Shown: positions 30,705-41,115, counted from the stretch's first letter. The stretch: DNA of 64,000 nt from Candidatus Sulfomarinibacteraceae bacterium (GCA_963796455.1 CAWCLO010000001.1:576001-640000), one strand, 5' to 3'. Program-made: numbers and translations. The notes: a model not told the origin generated them from the sequence alone.

Positions 30705-31641
30705 TGCGTCCTCCGGCGAGAAGGTAAAGGATGGCCATTCGAATGGCGACACCGTTGGTCACCTGATCCAAGATCACACTCTGATCGCCATCCGCGACCA
30801 GTGAGTCGATCTCGACACCTCTGTTCATCGGGCCCGGGTGCATCACGACCGCGTGATCGTCTGCGAGCCGAAGGCGGTCCGGAGTCAGCGCGAAAAAATC
30901 GTAATATTCGCGCATCGACGGGAAGTTGATCTTTTTCTGTCGCTCCAACTGGATTCGCAGCATCATCACCACATCGGCACCCTCGAGGGCAGGTTCGATG
31001 CGGTGGAACGCCTCGACCCCCAACTCCTCGACGTGGAGCGGCAACAACGATGCCGGGGCCACAAAACGGACCTCCGCACCCATCTTTGACAACAAAAAGG
31101 CGTTTGATCGTGCGACCCGCGAATGGCGGATATCGCCTGCAATCACCACCTTGAGGCCATCGAGCCTGCCAAAACGACGATTCATCGTGAAGGCGTCGAG
31201 CAGCGCCTGGGTCGGGTGTTCGTTGATTCCGTCACCGGCATTGATTACCGACGCGCTGACCACCCCGGCGAGACGGTGGGGGGCTCCGGAGTGAGGATGA
31301 CGGATCACGATGAAATCAGGCGCCATCGCCATCAGATTGCGGGCTGTATCGAAGAGTGTTTCGCCTTTGCTGACCGACGAACTCGATGCCGAAAAGTTCA
31401 GGGTATCCGCCGACAGTCTTTTTTCGGCCACTTCGAAGCTGAACCGGGTCCTTGTCGAGGGCTCCATGAAGAGATTGACGACCGTGGATCCGCGCAGAGC
31501 CGGAACCTTCTTGATGGGTCGGCGTGCCACATCGAGGAGTTCTTCCGCGGTATCGAGGATGAGTTGTATCTCCGGCGCAGCGAGTTGATCGATACCGACA
31601 AGATCCTTGCCGGACAAGGCGGCAGCGGGCTCAATCGGCAT
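30682..31641 (-). CDS. pyrB: Aspartate carbamoyltransferase catalytic subunit
   Basis: [26 protein letters not shown]. Confidence 0.96.
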   Translation of the reverse strand: MPIEPAAALSGKDLVGIDQLAAPEIQLILDTAEELLDVARRPIKKVPALRGSTVVNLFMEPSTRTRFSFEVAEKRLSADTLNFSASSSSVSKGETLFDTARNLMAMAPDFIVIRHPHSGAPHRLAGVVSASVINAGDGINEHPTQALLDAFTMNRRFGRLDGLKVVIAGDIRHSRVARSNAFLLSKMGAEVRFVAPASLLPLHVEELGVEAFHRIEPALEGADVVMMLRIQLERQKKINFPSMREYYDFFALTPDRLRLADDHAVVMHPGPMNRGVEIDSLVADGDQSVILDQVTNGVAIRMAILYLLAGGRSEAASDS

Positions 31642-32206
31642 CCGCAACCTCCCTCCCGATCCATATTCCATCAACCTCGTCCACCTCTTTCAGTCGCACC
31701 TGAACATCCTCGTCACGGGTGGTGTCGACCACCTTGCCCACGACATCGGCCGCAATCGGCAGCTCGCGATGACCACGATCCACCAGCACCGCCAACCGAA
31801 CGGCCAGCGGACGTCCCCAGTCGACCAGCGTATCGAGCGCGGCTCGAATCGTTCGACCGGTAAAGAGCACGTCATCTACGAGGTAGATCACGCAGCCGTC
31901 TATCTTTGTCGGGAGAAAGGTTTCCTTGAGGACGGGTTGTTGGTGGGCCGGACGCCACGGTCCGATATCGTCCCGGTACAGAGTGATATCGAGGCGACCA
32001 ACCGGAATTTCACGTCCGGTTGTTTCCTTGATCACCCGGGCCAGCCGATCCGAGAGCGGTATGCCACGGGTGTGGATTCCGACCAACATGACTTCGTCCC
32101 CGTCACGTTCCAGGATTTCTGCCGCCATGCGAGCGATTGTCCGCAACATTCCGGCCGAGTCGAGAATCGGCTGCAAAACGGTTCGCGCGGGCTTGCCTTC
32201 CGTCAT
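31631..32206 (-). CDS. pyrR: PyrR regulator / uracil phosphoribosyltransferase
   Basis: [28 protein letters not shown]. Confidence 0.95.
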   Translation of the reverse strand: MTEGKPARTVLQPILDSAGMLRTIARMAAEILERDGDEVMLVGIHTRGIPLSDRLARVIKETTGREIPVGRLDITLYRDDIGPWRPAHQQPVLKETFLPTKIDGCVIYLVDDVLFTGRTIRAALDTLVDWGRPLAVRLAVLVDRGHRELPIAADVVGKVVDTTRDEDVQVRLKEVDEVDGIWIGREVADAD

Positions 32207-32271
32207 TGCACGCCTCCTTGGCGCCTGTCTGAATCACATTTCTTCTCCGCACGAGCACGCTGAAACAAGCG

Positions 32272-32297
32272 AAAAAAAAGCTCCCCGAACGGGAAGC
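32272..32297 (-). terminator. Intrinsic terminator in the pyrR leader (candidate attenuator)
   Basis: Minus strand reads GCTTCCC-GTTC-GGGGAGC-T8, about 65 nt upstream of pyrR. The upstream gene is divergent. Confidence 0.65.
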
Positions 32298-32368
32298 GTT
32301 GGTGCGGAGCAGATGTTTTTCGAACTCCCATCTGGGAGATGGTAGCACAACGGAGGCACATCGAGGTT

Positions 32369-32462
32369 TGAGTTCTGAGTTCTGAGTTCTGAGTTGCCGA
32401 ACAGTCTCTCAAGAGCATGGTCGAAGGATGGGATAACTCAAAACTCAACTCTCAAAACTCAG
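32369..32462. repeat. Inverted pair of heptamer arrays (TGAGTTC)n ... (AAACTCA)n
   Basis: 32369-32395 against 32435-32462. Confidence 0.8.
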
Positions 32463-32497
32463 CCTTTCGACCGTCGTTCTGGATATGATGTCGGACG

Positions 32498-33385
32498 GTG
32501 ATTCAGAATAAGACGACCCGCCCGAGCGATCGGCTGATGATCCTCGCCGCAGCCGTGCTGTTTTCGACTGGTGGGGCAGCGGTCAAATTGTGTTCGATGA
32601 CCAACTGGCAGGTCGCGAGTTTCCGGTCGGGAATCGCGGCCGTCGCACTTGCCCTTCTGTTACCTGCCGCAAGGCGAAACTGGACCTGGCGGACCTTTGT
32701 CGTCGGCAGCACCTACGCATTGACGATGATCTGCTTTGTTTTGTCCAATAAGCTCACGACCTCCGCCAATGCCGTCTTCCTGCAAAGCACAGCGCCGTTG
32801 TACATTCTCCTGTTGGGACCATTCCTCCTCAGCGAGCCTGTCAGGCGCCGCCAACTACTTTTTATGGCAGCGCTCACCATCGGCATGTTTTTCATTTTCA
32901 GTGGGGAGCAACAGACTTTTACCACCGCCCCGGACCCGCTTCGAGGCAACATCGTCGGAATCGTGACAGGAATCTGCTGGGCCTTCACGATCATCGGATT
33001 GCGTTGGTTGGCCCGTGGATCCGATCCCGCCTCGCAAAACAACCCTGCCGCGGCCGCAACACTGTCCGGGAATCTGATTGCGTTTCTGATCACTCTACCC
33101 GCAGCACTGCCGGTCGTCTCCAGCACCGCCATTGACTGGGCCGCTGTGAGCTTTCTCGGGATTTTTCAGATCGGTCTGGCTTATGTGTTCATTGTTCACG
33201 GTGTACGTCGGGTCAGCGCCCTCGAGGTCTCGCTGCTGGTATTGCTCGAGCCGGTCCTCAACCCGATCTGGTCGTGGTTGATCCACGGCGAAACGCCGAC
33301 TTCATACTCGCTGGTGGGAGGAGCCTTGATCGTTCTGGCGACGGCCGTCTACACCTGGACCGGCTCGCGACCAGAATCGAATTGA
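32498..33385 (+). CDS. DMT/EamA family transporter
   Basis: About 10 TM segments; ANAVFLQSTAP and LLEPVLNPIW. Confidence 0.9.
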   Translation: MIQNKTTRPSDRLMILAAAVLFSTGGAAVKLCSMTNWQVASFRSGIAAVALALLLPAARRNWTWRTFVVGSTYALTMICFVLSNKLTTSANAVFLQSTAPLYILLLGPFLLSEPVRRRQLLFMAALTIGMFFIFSGEQQTFTTAPDPLRGNIVGIVTGICWAFTIIGLRWLARGSDPASQNNPAAAATLSGNLIAFLITLPAALPVVSSTAIDWAAVSFLGIFQIGLAYVFIVHGVRRVSALEVSLLVLLEPVLNPIWSWLIHGETPTSYSLVGGALIVLATAVYTWTGSRPESN

Positions 33386-33777
33386 CGCTCGCCGTGCGCC
33401 ACGGTGACCGTGGTGTGGAGACCGCCCCGCAGCCGATAGTCAAGCACGATCTCCATCCAACGAGGCTCGCAGCAGGCCACCAGGTCATCCAGGACGCGGT
33501 TGGCGGCATGCTCCTGATAGATCCCCACATTGCGGAAGCTCGTCAGGTAGTACTTGAGCGACTTCAGCTCGATACATACCGCCGACGGCAGATATCGAAT
33601 GCTCAAAGTGCCAAAATCAGGCAGCCCGGAGAATGGGCACACACAGCTCCATTCATCGGTCGATATCTCGACCTCCGCCGCGCGCGGCCGGTATTCGTAT
33701 GGAAAGGTCTCGAGGACCCCGGGAGTCAATTTTTCGACCCCGTCGAATGAAAACGTCCGTCCTTCCGCCTCGACCAT
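33349..33777 (-). CDS. queF: PreQ1 synthase (7-cyano-7-deazaguanine reductase)
   Basis: CPFSGLPDFG, ELKSLKYYL, RGGL. Confidence 0.93.
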   Translation of the reverse strand: MVEAEGRTFSFDGVEKLTPGVLETFPYEYRPRAAEVEISTDEWSCVCPFSGLPDFGTLSIRYLPSAVCIELKSLKYYLTSFRNVGIYQEHAANRVLDDLVACCEPRWMEIVLDYRLRGGLHTTVTVAHGERQFDSGREPVQV

Positions 33778-33850
33778 GGCTCATCCTACAACAGGTCGGA
33801 GCTCGTCAGCGATCGGATACACTGATCCGACAACATCCAAGAGGTGCCCA

Positions 33851-34684
33851 ATGAGCTACGCAAAGAGGTTCCGAGTCAAACCCGGCCAAAAAATCGATCT
33901 TGACGGCTTCGAGGCCAATTGGAAACCCGACGGCATGAAGCGGGTGGATGGAGAGGACGAATTCGTCAACCTGACCGAACGCCTCAGCGAACTCCAGCAC
34001 CTGATGTATGCGGAGGACAAACGATCGCTACTCATCGTCCTCCAGGGTCGCGATGCCGCGGGCAAGGACGGCACCATCCGCCACGTCTTTGGACCGATGA
34101 ACCCGCAGGGCTGCAAGGTGACCAGCTTCAAGGTGCCGTCAAAACTCGAATCTTCCCACGACTTTCTCTGGCGCTGCCACATCGCGGCACCGGCGCGGGG
34201 GCAGGTCGGGATCTTCAATCGTTCCCACTATGAGGACGTGCTGGTCGTCCGGGTTCATGATTTGGTGGAGAAATCGGTATGGTCGAAACGATTCGATCAC
34301 ATCAACAATTTTGAAAGACTGCTCAACGACCAGGGGACGACGGTCCTCAAGTTCTATCTCCACATCGATCGTGAAGAGCAACTCGAACGATTCAAGAAAC
34401 GAATCGACAACCCGAGAAAGAACTGGAAGATCAGCGACGCAGATTATTCAGAACGCCCCTTTTGGGATGAATACACTGCGGCCTTCGAGGACGCCCTCAG
34501 CAAATGCAGCACCCGTGAGGCGCCATGGTTCGTGATCCCAGGCAATCGTAAATGGGCCCGCAATCTGGTCATAGCCAACATCGTCGCTGAAACGATGGAG
34601 GGCTTCGGGATGCAGTACCCCGAACCCGAGGTCGACATGGAAGCGATCAAGCGGATGTATCACGAGGCGGAGGACGCAGGCTGA
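33851..34684 (+). CDS. ppk2: Polyphosphate kinase 2 family protein
   Basis: LQGRDAAGKDG, FNRSHYEDVL, APWFVIPGNRKW. GAGGTG RBS. Confidence 0.92.
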   Translation: MSYAKRFRVKPGQKIDLDGFEANWKPDGMKRVDGEDEFVNLTERLSELQHLMYAEDKRSLLIVLQGRDAAGKDGTIRHVFGPMNPQGCKVTSFKVPSKLESSHDFLWRCHIAAPARGQVGIFNRSHYEDVLVVRVHDLVEKSVWSKRFDHINNFERLLNDQGTTVLKFYLHIDREEQLERFKKRIDNPRKNWKISDADYSERPFWDEYTAAFEDALSKCSTREAPWFVIPGNRKWARNLVIANIVAETMEGFGMQYPEPEVDMEAIKRMYHEAEDAG

Positions 34685-34689
34685 TTCTC

Positions 34690-35545
34690 GTTGCAGGATG
34701 CAGGATGCAGGATCACTCGTGTCCAAGACAGAGTCCCAGACAGCAATCAGGGACGGCGACAGCGATCAGCGTCGGCGACAGGGAACAGCTATCAGTGTTC
34801 AGCGTCAGCGAACAGGAGTCAGCGTCACGTTTGACTGGTATGGAGCCCTGAAATCAAGACTTTGGGTTGAGTAAACGCCATGTCATGGCACGGACCTCAT
34901 CGAAGGCCTTCATCGCTTCACGGGCTCCGTTCGCGCTGATTGCGCTGGCGTGGGCGAGGAGCTTCAAGTGGCTGTCAACCTCCTTCGCGGAGGCGTAGGC
35001 GATTCTCCAGTGGTTCGACCGATCTCTTCCGATCCGGCCGTGCCCTTCCGCCAGATTCGCAGGGACCGAACTTGCCGACCGGATCGCCTGATCGGCTATG
35101 GACTTCAGAGGAGCTGGAACCCTCATCACGAGTTTGATCGCGATTCCTGCTGCTTCCAGAGCTTTCGAGAGGGCAACAAGGTTGGTGTTCGTGGCGGCTG
35201 AGGACATGGTCACCTCCGGGTCGTTCATGCCCATTCCCACAAGCCGGTGTGGTGGCCGATGTCAAGGATGCCCTGCACCCTGCCTGTCCTTGACATCGGC
35301 CGCCCACCGGCTACCCCTTCCTTGGAACGACCCGGAGGTGGCCACTTCGCCGCCTGTACTCCTGACCGCTGCCGCTGCTCTCCGTCGCTAAACACTGACC
35401 GCTGTCCCTGTTCGCTGTTGCCTGTCGCTGACGCTGGACACTGTTGCTGACGCTGTCCCTGACCGCTGTCCGAGACACCGTTTTGGACAGCGGTGATCCA
35501 GCATCCAGCATCTGGTATCTGGTATCTGGTATCTGGTATCTGCCG
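34690..35545 (-). mobile_element. Four-helix-bundle cassette, copy 3, with the clearest long imperfect inverted flanks
   Basis: ~34697-34825 is the imperfect reverse complement of ~35360-35512; (TCTGGTA)n array at the outer end. Confidence 0.65.
34854..35207 (-). CDS. Four helix bundle protein, 117 aa
   Basis: 13 aa differences from copy 1 by manual count; same leader. Confidence 0.9.
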   Translation of the reverse strand: MSSAATNTNLVALSKALEAAGIAIKLVMRVPAPLKSIADQAIRSASSVPANLAEGHGRIGRDRSNHWRIAYASAKEVDSHLKLLAHASAISANGAREAMKAFDEVRAMTWRLLNPKS

Positions 35546-35621
35546 AAATCCTCCTTGGCATTCTCGCTCGCCGGACCCATATTCTTCACATCCGCACATT
35601 TCAGCGAAAAGGGGGGCACTC

Positions 35622-36008
35622 ATGCATTGGTGTTACTCATGCCCGCACTGCGACGCCTCGCTCAACCCCGATGAAACGATCGTTCTGATCGGCGAATGCG
35701 GTCCCCACCGGATCCTGATGGGCTTCCACCCCGAACCGGGGAACTACCGCGGCTATCTGCCGCCGGAGTTCCACCTGCAGGAAGGTTCGATGTGGGACTT
35801 TTTCTGTCCGGTTTGTTCTCGGAGCCTGGTCTCCGAGGCCGCCCCCGAGCTCTGTGCCCTCGACCTGGACACTCAAGGCGTCCGCCACCGGCTTTTCTTT
35901 TCCCGCACTGCCGGCGAAAGGGCGACCTTCGTGATCACGGCCGAAGGCATCACGAGCCACGGAGAGCACGCAGAACAACATTCTCTGGAAATGCTGGATC
36001 TTGTATAG
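35622..36008 (+). CDS. Hypothetical protein with two CxxC motifs
   Basis: CPHC and CPVC; purine-rich RBS before the ATG at 35622. Confidence 0.7.
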   Translation: MHWCYSCPHCDASLNPDETIVLIGECGPHRILMGFHPEPGNYRGYLPPEFHLQEGSMWDFFCPVCSRSLVSEAAPELCALDLDTQGVRHRLFFSRTAGERATFVITAEGITSHGEHAEQHSLEMLDLV

Positions 36009-36269
36009 AAGGACCAGTCGTTTGCAGAGCGACAGAGCTTGAAGACTTCCGCACTCCCTTTCTCCCATTCTGGAACGGGATCGGGATCGGATAGCGTGGA
36101 CTGACCATCCCCTTTCTCCCTTTCTCCCTTTCTCCCTTTCAGGAACGATATCCGCGACAGCCGTTCGATAGCGATGGCGCGGATACTGAGCCGTGCGCTG
36201 CCCCTCTGCTCCTCCGCCCCTCTGCGCCACCCCTCGTCACCCCGAAGCGCTGCGTGTAGGATAGAACAC

Positions 36270-37268
36270 GTGGACTTCAAGAAACGCCAGGTGATCCTGA
36301 GATCGATCGGGCTCCTCGTCGCGGTGCTTGGCGCTGGGACCCTGGGTTATATGCTCATTGAAGGCCAGGGCATTATGCCCGCCTTCTATATGACCACTAT
36401 AACGGTCACCACCATTGGGTTTCGCGAGGCCTTTCCGCTTTCTCCGGCCGGCCAGGCATTCACGATCGTGCTCGCCTTTGGCGGCGTCGGGGTCATCCTG
36501 ATGATCGCTACCGATTTCGCCCGGGCAATGCTCGACACCGATATCAGCCGCATGATCGGTCTGCGAAAGGATCTGACAATGTTGAAGAAGCTCAGCCGAC
36601 ATATTGTCGTGTGCGGTCACGGCCGCATGGGCAATGCCGTCGTCGAGGTCCTGCGCGAACGGGGCGTTGATTTCGCCGTGGTTGAACTCGACGCCGAGCG
36701 TTGCCGGGAACTCGAAGAACACCATATTCCGGTGGTCCGTGGGGACGCGACCAAGGAAGATGTGCTCGAAGCCGCTGGAGTCGCCAGAGCCAATACTCTG
36801 ATCGCCTGCCTCGCCGACGACGCCAACAACGTGTATTCGATTCTGCTCGCCCGACAGCTCAAACCCGGGATCACGGTCATCGCGCGAGCGGTCGAGGACG
36901 GCGCCGAAGAACGGCTCAAACTCGCGGGCGCCGATCGGGTGCTCAATCCTTACCGGGTCGGCGGAATCAGGCTCGCCATCACGGCCCTCAAACCAACCGT
37001 CGCCGACTTCGTCGAGGCCTCCCTCTTCGGGTCATCGATGGAGCTCGAACTGGCCGAGGTGGTGGTTCACCCTTCCAGCGATCTTGCCGGCAAAACCCTT
37101 GCCGGAGCTGAAGTCCGGCAGCGTTTCGGCATCATCGTCGTCGCTCTCAAACGAGGCGACAAAAGCACCTTCAACCCGGAGGCTCACGAGGTGATCGAGG
37201 CCGGTGATGTTCTGGTCGCGTTGGGGCCGATTCACGCTCTCGAAAGAATCGAGCAGGCAACGCAATAG
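36270..37268 (+). CDS. Potassium channel protein with RCK (TrkA-N/TrkA-C) domains
   Basis: Pore motif TVTTIGF, VCGHGRMG, GDATKEDVL. Confidence 0.9.
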   Translation: MDFKKRQVILRSIGLLVAVLGAGTLGYMLIEGQGIMPAFYMTTITVTTIGFREAFPLSPAGQAFTIVLAFGGVGVILMIATDFARAMLDTDISRMIGLRKDLTMLKKLSRHIVVCGHGRMGNAVVEVLRERGVDFAVVELDAERCRELEEHHIPVVRGDATKEDVLEAAGVARANTLIACLADDANNVYSILLARQLKPGITVIARAVEDGAEERLKLAGADRVLNPYRVGGIRLAITALKPTVADFVEASLFGSSMELELAEVVVHPSSDLAGKTLAGAEVRQRFGIIVVALKRGDKSTFNPEAHEVIEAGDVLVALGPIHALERIEQATQ

Positions 37269-37448
37269 GACGAGAGGCTATGTGGCTATGGCCGGCTGCT
37301 TCGCAGCCTGGCTGTGAGGCTTATGATTGTTTTTTCTAGGCGCGACCACACAGCCTCATAGCCCCATAGCCTTATTGCCTTATGGCATAGAGATCAGCGT
37401 GTCTCGCGGGGGAACCCTGGTGCGACATCGCCGTTGAAGCCAGCGATC

Positions 37449-38669
37449 CTAAACCGAGGCGGCCGCCACCTGTGACAGTCTCCCCGGATAGGCCGCAACG
37501 GCGGCATCGAGAATCTTCATGGCTCGGCCCAGGGTGTTGGAGTCATACATGAAGGCGATCCGAACTTCGTCGATGCCGAGTCCTTCAGTCACATAAAAAC
37601 CCTCGCCAGGCGCCAGACACACCGTTTCCCCTTCGAGCGAGAAATTGCGCAGCAGATAGACGGCAAAATCTTCGCAGCTGTCAATCGGCAACCGCGCCAT
37701 CGAATAGAAGGACCCCTCCGTGCGGTGAGGACTCACGCCTTCAATGGCCCCAAGGCCCTTATAGACCGCATCGCGACGACGCTGGTACTCACCACAAAGC
37801 TCTTCGGAATAGGCGCGGCCGTTTTTTAACATCGGCACCACCATCAGCTGCTCCGCCGTCGGCACCGAGAGCCGTGCCTGACAAAAACGAAGGGTTACGT
37901 CGAGGATCTCGCGGTTGTGGGTTGCCAGGCAACCGATACGCACGCCACAGGCGTTGAACCGTTTGGACACGCTGTCAACGACGATGATTTGCTGCGCCAG
38001 TTCCTCAAATTGTGTGAAGCTGCGCACGTCGCCGCCATCAAAGACGAATTCCCGGTAGACCTCATCACAGATCACAAAGAGATCATTTTCCAACGCGACC
38101 TGCGCCACCGCCTCGAGTTCCTCCGCGGTATAGACCGTCCCGGTGGGGTTCGAAGGGTTACACAAAAGGATGGCCTTGGTCCTCGGCGTGACGCTGGCGC
38201 GCAGTCGGTCGATGGAATGAAAGTGATAGCCTTCCTCCACCCGCAACGTGATCGGGACCATCGAGACATCGGCCTGGGCGGCAAAGCTCAGATAATTCGT
38301 GTAGCACGGCTCGAAAACCAGGACCTCGCCGCCACCACCTGCCACCACCGAGAGGACAAAGGTGATCGCCTCGCTGGCGCCCGCCGTGACCAGGATTTCG
38401 TCCGGTGCATAGGCGATGTCCCAGCTCTCAAAAAACTCGCTCCACCCCTCGCGGGCTTCCAGGAGTCCATCGCTCGGTGCATAGGCAAGCGTTGCCAGGG
38501 AGAGCCCATGGAGTTCGGCAATCATCTCGGGAGGCGTCGGCATATCGGGCTGACCGATATTGAGATAGATGACCTTCGTACCGCGGGCTTCGGCCTGGAG
38601 CGCGTGCGGCGCCAGTTTTCGGATCGGTGAAGCCTGCAATTTGGAACTCTTGGCTGAAAGCTTGGGCAT
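37449..38669 (-). CDS. PLP-dependent aminotransferase class I/II (aspartate aminotransferase-like)
   Basis: LNIGQPD, CNPSNPTG, DEVYREF, SVSKRFNACGVRIG. Confidence 0.92.
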   Translation of the reverse strand: MPKLSAKSSKLQASPIRKLAPHALQAEARGTKVIYLNIGQPDMPTPPEMIAELHGLSLATLAYAPSDGLLEAREGWSEFFESWDIAYAPDEILVTAGASEAITFVLSVVAGGGGEVLVFEPCYTNYLSFAAQADVSMVPITLRVEEGYHFHSIDRLRASVTPRTKAILLCNPSNPTGTVYTAEELEAVAQVALENDLFVICDEVYREFVFDGGDVRSFTQFEELAQQIIVVDSVSKRFNACGVRIGCLATHNREILDVTLRFCQARLSVPTAEQLMVVPMLKNGRAYSEELCGEYQRRRDAVYKGLGAIEGVSPHRTEGSFYSMARLPIDSCEDFAVYLLRNFSLEGETVCLAPGEGFYVTEGLGIDEVRIAFMYDSNTLGRAMKILDAAVAAYPGRLSQVAAASV

Positions 38670-38869
38670 GGATACCTCCCGGTCGGCACCGCGGTTCCCC
38701 GGATTGTAGCGTATCGGATCAGCCACCTACCCGCCCGTACCCGTATCGGGAAAGGGGGAAAGGGCGCAGGGGAGAAAGGGAGAACGCCCGCAACACGATA
38801 CTCGATGTTGGATGCTCGAACCGCCACATGGCAGAGGGGAAGAGGGGCGGAGGAGCAGAGGGGCTCGAA

Positions 38870-39330
38870 TCGAGATACGAGATGCTGGATACTGGATCAC
38901 TCTTGTCCAGGTGGGAGTTTCGGACAGCGATCAGGGACAGCGACGGGGAACGGCAGAAAGCGTCAGCAAACAGGAGTCAGCGGCAGCGACCAGCGGCCGG
39001 GGCAGCGACAGCGCCAGCCAACACCAATCACTCCGTCGGGTTCAACAGCCGCCAGGTCATGGCACGGACCTGATCGAAGGCCCTCATCGCTTCACTGGCT
39101 CCGTTCCGGCTGATCGCCCCGGCGTGGCGGCCGATGTCAAGGATGCCCTGCACCCTGCCTGCCCTTGACATCGGCCGCCCACCGGCTACCCATTTCTGTA
39201 GAACGATCCGGAGGTGGCCACGCCGTCACTGCGCCTGATCGCTGGCCCTGAACACTGATTGCTGCCCCCTGTCCCTGTTCGCTGTCCTCTGTCGCTGCCG
39301 CCGCAATTCGGGCACCGACGCGGACTCGGG
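38870..39330 (-). pseudogene. Four-helix-bundle cassette, copy 4, internally deleted (only the gene's 3' end remains, fused to the leader hairpin)
   Basis: ~39028-39125 encodes ...GAISRNGASEAMRAFDQVRAMTWRLLNPTE* and joins directly to GGCGGCCGATGTCAAGGA... Confidence 0.88.
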
Positions 39331-39336
39331 GGAACG

Positions 39337-39426
39337 GCGCCTTTGCGTCTTTGCGTTCTTCGCGGTTTCAGCATGTGCACGCGGGACGCGTGCACCACCA
39401 TGGTGGTGCGGCCGTCTCGGCTGCAC
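39337..39426. repeat. ~90-bp dispersed repeat containing two REP-like palindromes; second copy at 44774-44864
   Basis: GTGCACGCG(G/A)GACGCGTGCACCAC-CATG-GTGGTGC(G/A)GCCGTCTCGGCTGCAC. Confidence 0.9.
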
Positions 39427-39503
39427 TTCCCCTCTGCTCCTCTGCTCTGATGGATCGATAGCGATAGCGATTATTCGCGGTAGCGACCCGGGTACAATGT
39501 CGC

Positions 39504-40922
39504 GTGATGTATTCCTTCCGGAAGTGGCGAGAAAAGTACGGAACGATCACGGCCCGCTCGTTGTGGGACCTGTTCATGGTCTGGGTCGTGATCATCAACC
39601 TCGGCCTGATCCTCTTCGATCTCAGCTATCTGTGGCTTCGTCCGATGTACATCCATTGGGTACCCTTTGTGACAAAAATCTGGGACCCGGTCCTGGGTAT
39701 CAAACCCCACCCACTCACCGACCGTTTGATCGAAGAAGAGTCGGCGGCCGAGGAGATTCTGCGAATCGACCCGACATCGCCCGCACTCACCGTGAAGCTC
39801 GATCAATTGCGACGTCTGACGCAACGGATGTTCAACGAAAATCCTTTTTTCAGATCGGGGCAGACCAAGGACCTGGACGCCCTCTGGGTCGGGATGGCGA
39901 GAGAGACCGGCCGGGTTTCCACTCACTATTCGAATTCCGAGATCGTCGCCGCGGTCGCAGAGGATTACTGGAGCGGCTCACCAGAAGAACTGAGCACCCG
40001 CTTCAAGCGTTTTGACGAATTTGCGGTACCCCTGCTCGAACTCAACTACTTCCGTGGCTACGACCTCGACGGCGAGTTGATCGACCATTTCTGGAAGATT
40101 GACCTGCCGTTCCTGATCCTGTTCTGGTTCGAATTCCTGACCCGATGGATCCTTGCCTTCCGTCGGGGAAGCTATGCCCGGTGGTACTTCTTTCCGATCT
40201 TTTACTGGTACGACCTTCTCAGCCTGATACCGGTCACCGCGTTGCGGCCTCTTCGTCTGCTTCGAGTCCTGTCCATTTATATGCGGCTCCGCCAATCGGA
40301 GCTTTCGAACATCGGCCGGGATTTTTTCAGTCGAACCGTCGCCTACATATCCAACATCGTCACCGAAGAAGTCTCCGACCGCGTTGCCGTCCGTATCCTC
40401 GACGAGTACCGAGAAGAGATAGTAGACGGCACCCACGTCCGCATCGCCCGCGCCACGGTCGAACCACGGCGCGAGGAGATCGAACGAGTGCTCACCAACC
40501 AGATACGGAGCATCCTCACCGATGAGGAGACTCTCGAGCGTTTCCGGCAACTGCTCGAGCTGAACCTCGACAATGCCGTCGAAGAGTCGGAGAGCCTGCG
40601 TTCACTGCCGCTGCCGCATATGGTCGTCAAACCCGTCGTCCGGGCGGTCGGCGAAGTCATTCTCGAAACCACCATCGAGACCATCGCGACGACCCTCAAC
40701 AGTACGGAGGGTGATGAGGCGGTTCAGGCGGTGGCCTCCTCGATCATCGACTCGGTGTTCTCAGGCCCGGTTCTTGTAGAAATTGAATCGCTGGCCAAGG
40801 ACATCAGCCTCCAGGTCATCGATCACATGAAGGACGTCGTGGTCGTCAAAAAGTGGGCCCTGCCCGGCGAGCAGGAGGATCGACCAGCCATGCCGTGGGA
40901 GAAACCTGACGAGAAAGCGTAA
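39504..40922 (+). CDS. Ion-transport-domain-like membrane protein
   Basis: WYDLLSLIP and an S4-like LRPLRLLRVLSI segment; no pore motif seen. Confidence 0.65.
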   Translation: MMYSFRKWREKYGTITARSLWDLFMVWVVIINLGLILFDLSYLWLRPMYIHWVPFVTKIWDPVLGIKPHPLTDRLIEEESAAEEILRIDPTSPALTVKLDQLRRLTQRMFNENPFFRSGQTKDLDALWVGMARETGRVSTHYSNSEIVAAVAEDYWSGSPEELSTRFKRFDEFAVPLLELNYFRGYDLDGELIDHFWKIDLPFLILFWFEFLTRWILAFRRGSYARWYFFPIFYWYDLLSLIPVTALRPLRLLRVLSIYMRLRQSELSNIGRDFFSRTVAYISNIVTEEVSDRVAVRILDEYREEIVDGTHVRIARATVEPRREEIERVLTNQIRSILTDEETLERFRQLLELNLDNAVEESESLRSLPLPHMVVKPVVRAVGEVILETTIETIATTLNSTEGDEAVQAVASSIIDSVFSGPVLVEIESLAKDISLQVIDHMKDVVVVKKWALPGEQEDRPAMPWEKPDEKA

Positions 40923-40984
40923 AAGGGCGCACGGGTGAAAGGGAGCCCGTGAGCCCGTCGCGATTCTGATAAGGGCGCCTCGTC

Positions 40985-41048
40985 CCCCTTTCCCCCTTTC
41001 TCCCTTTCTCCCTTTCTCCCTTTCTCCCTTTCTCCCTTTCTCCCTTTT
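40985..41048. repeat. (CCCTTTCT)n octamer array
   Basis: About 7 units. The same unit occurs at ~36110-36140 and inverted at ~38755-38790 and ~42611-42640. Confidence 0.88.
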
Positions 41049-41115
41049 TGATAGTCCGGTGGTGCACAGGCGTGATGAAACCTATTCGAGTCCAACCGGC
41101 ACGGACTTGAAAAGA

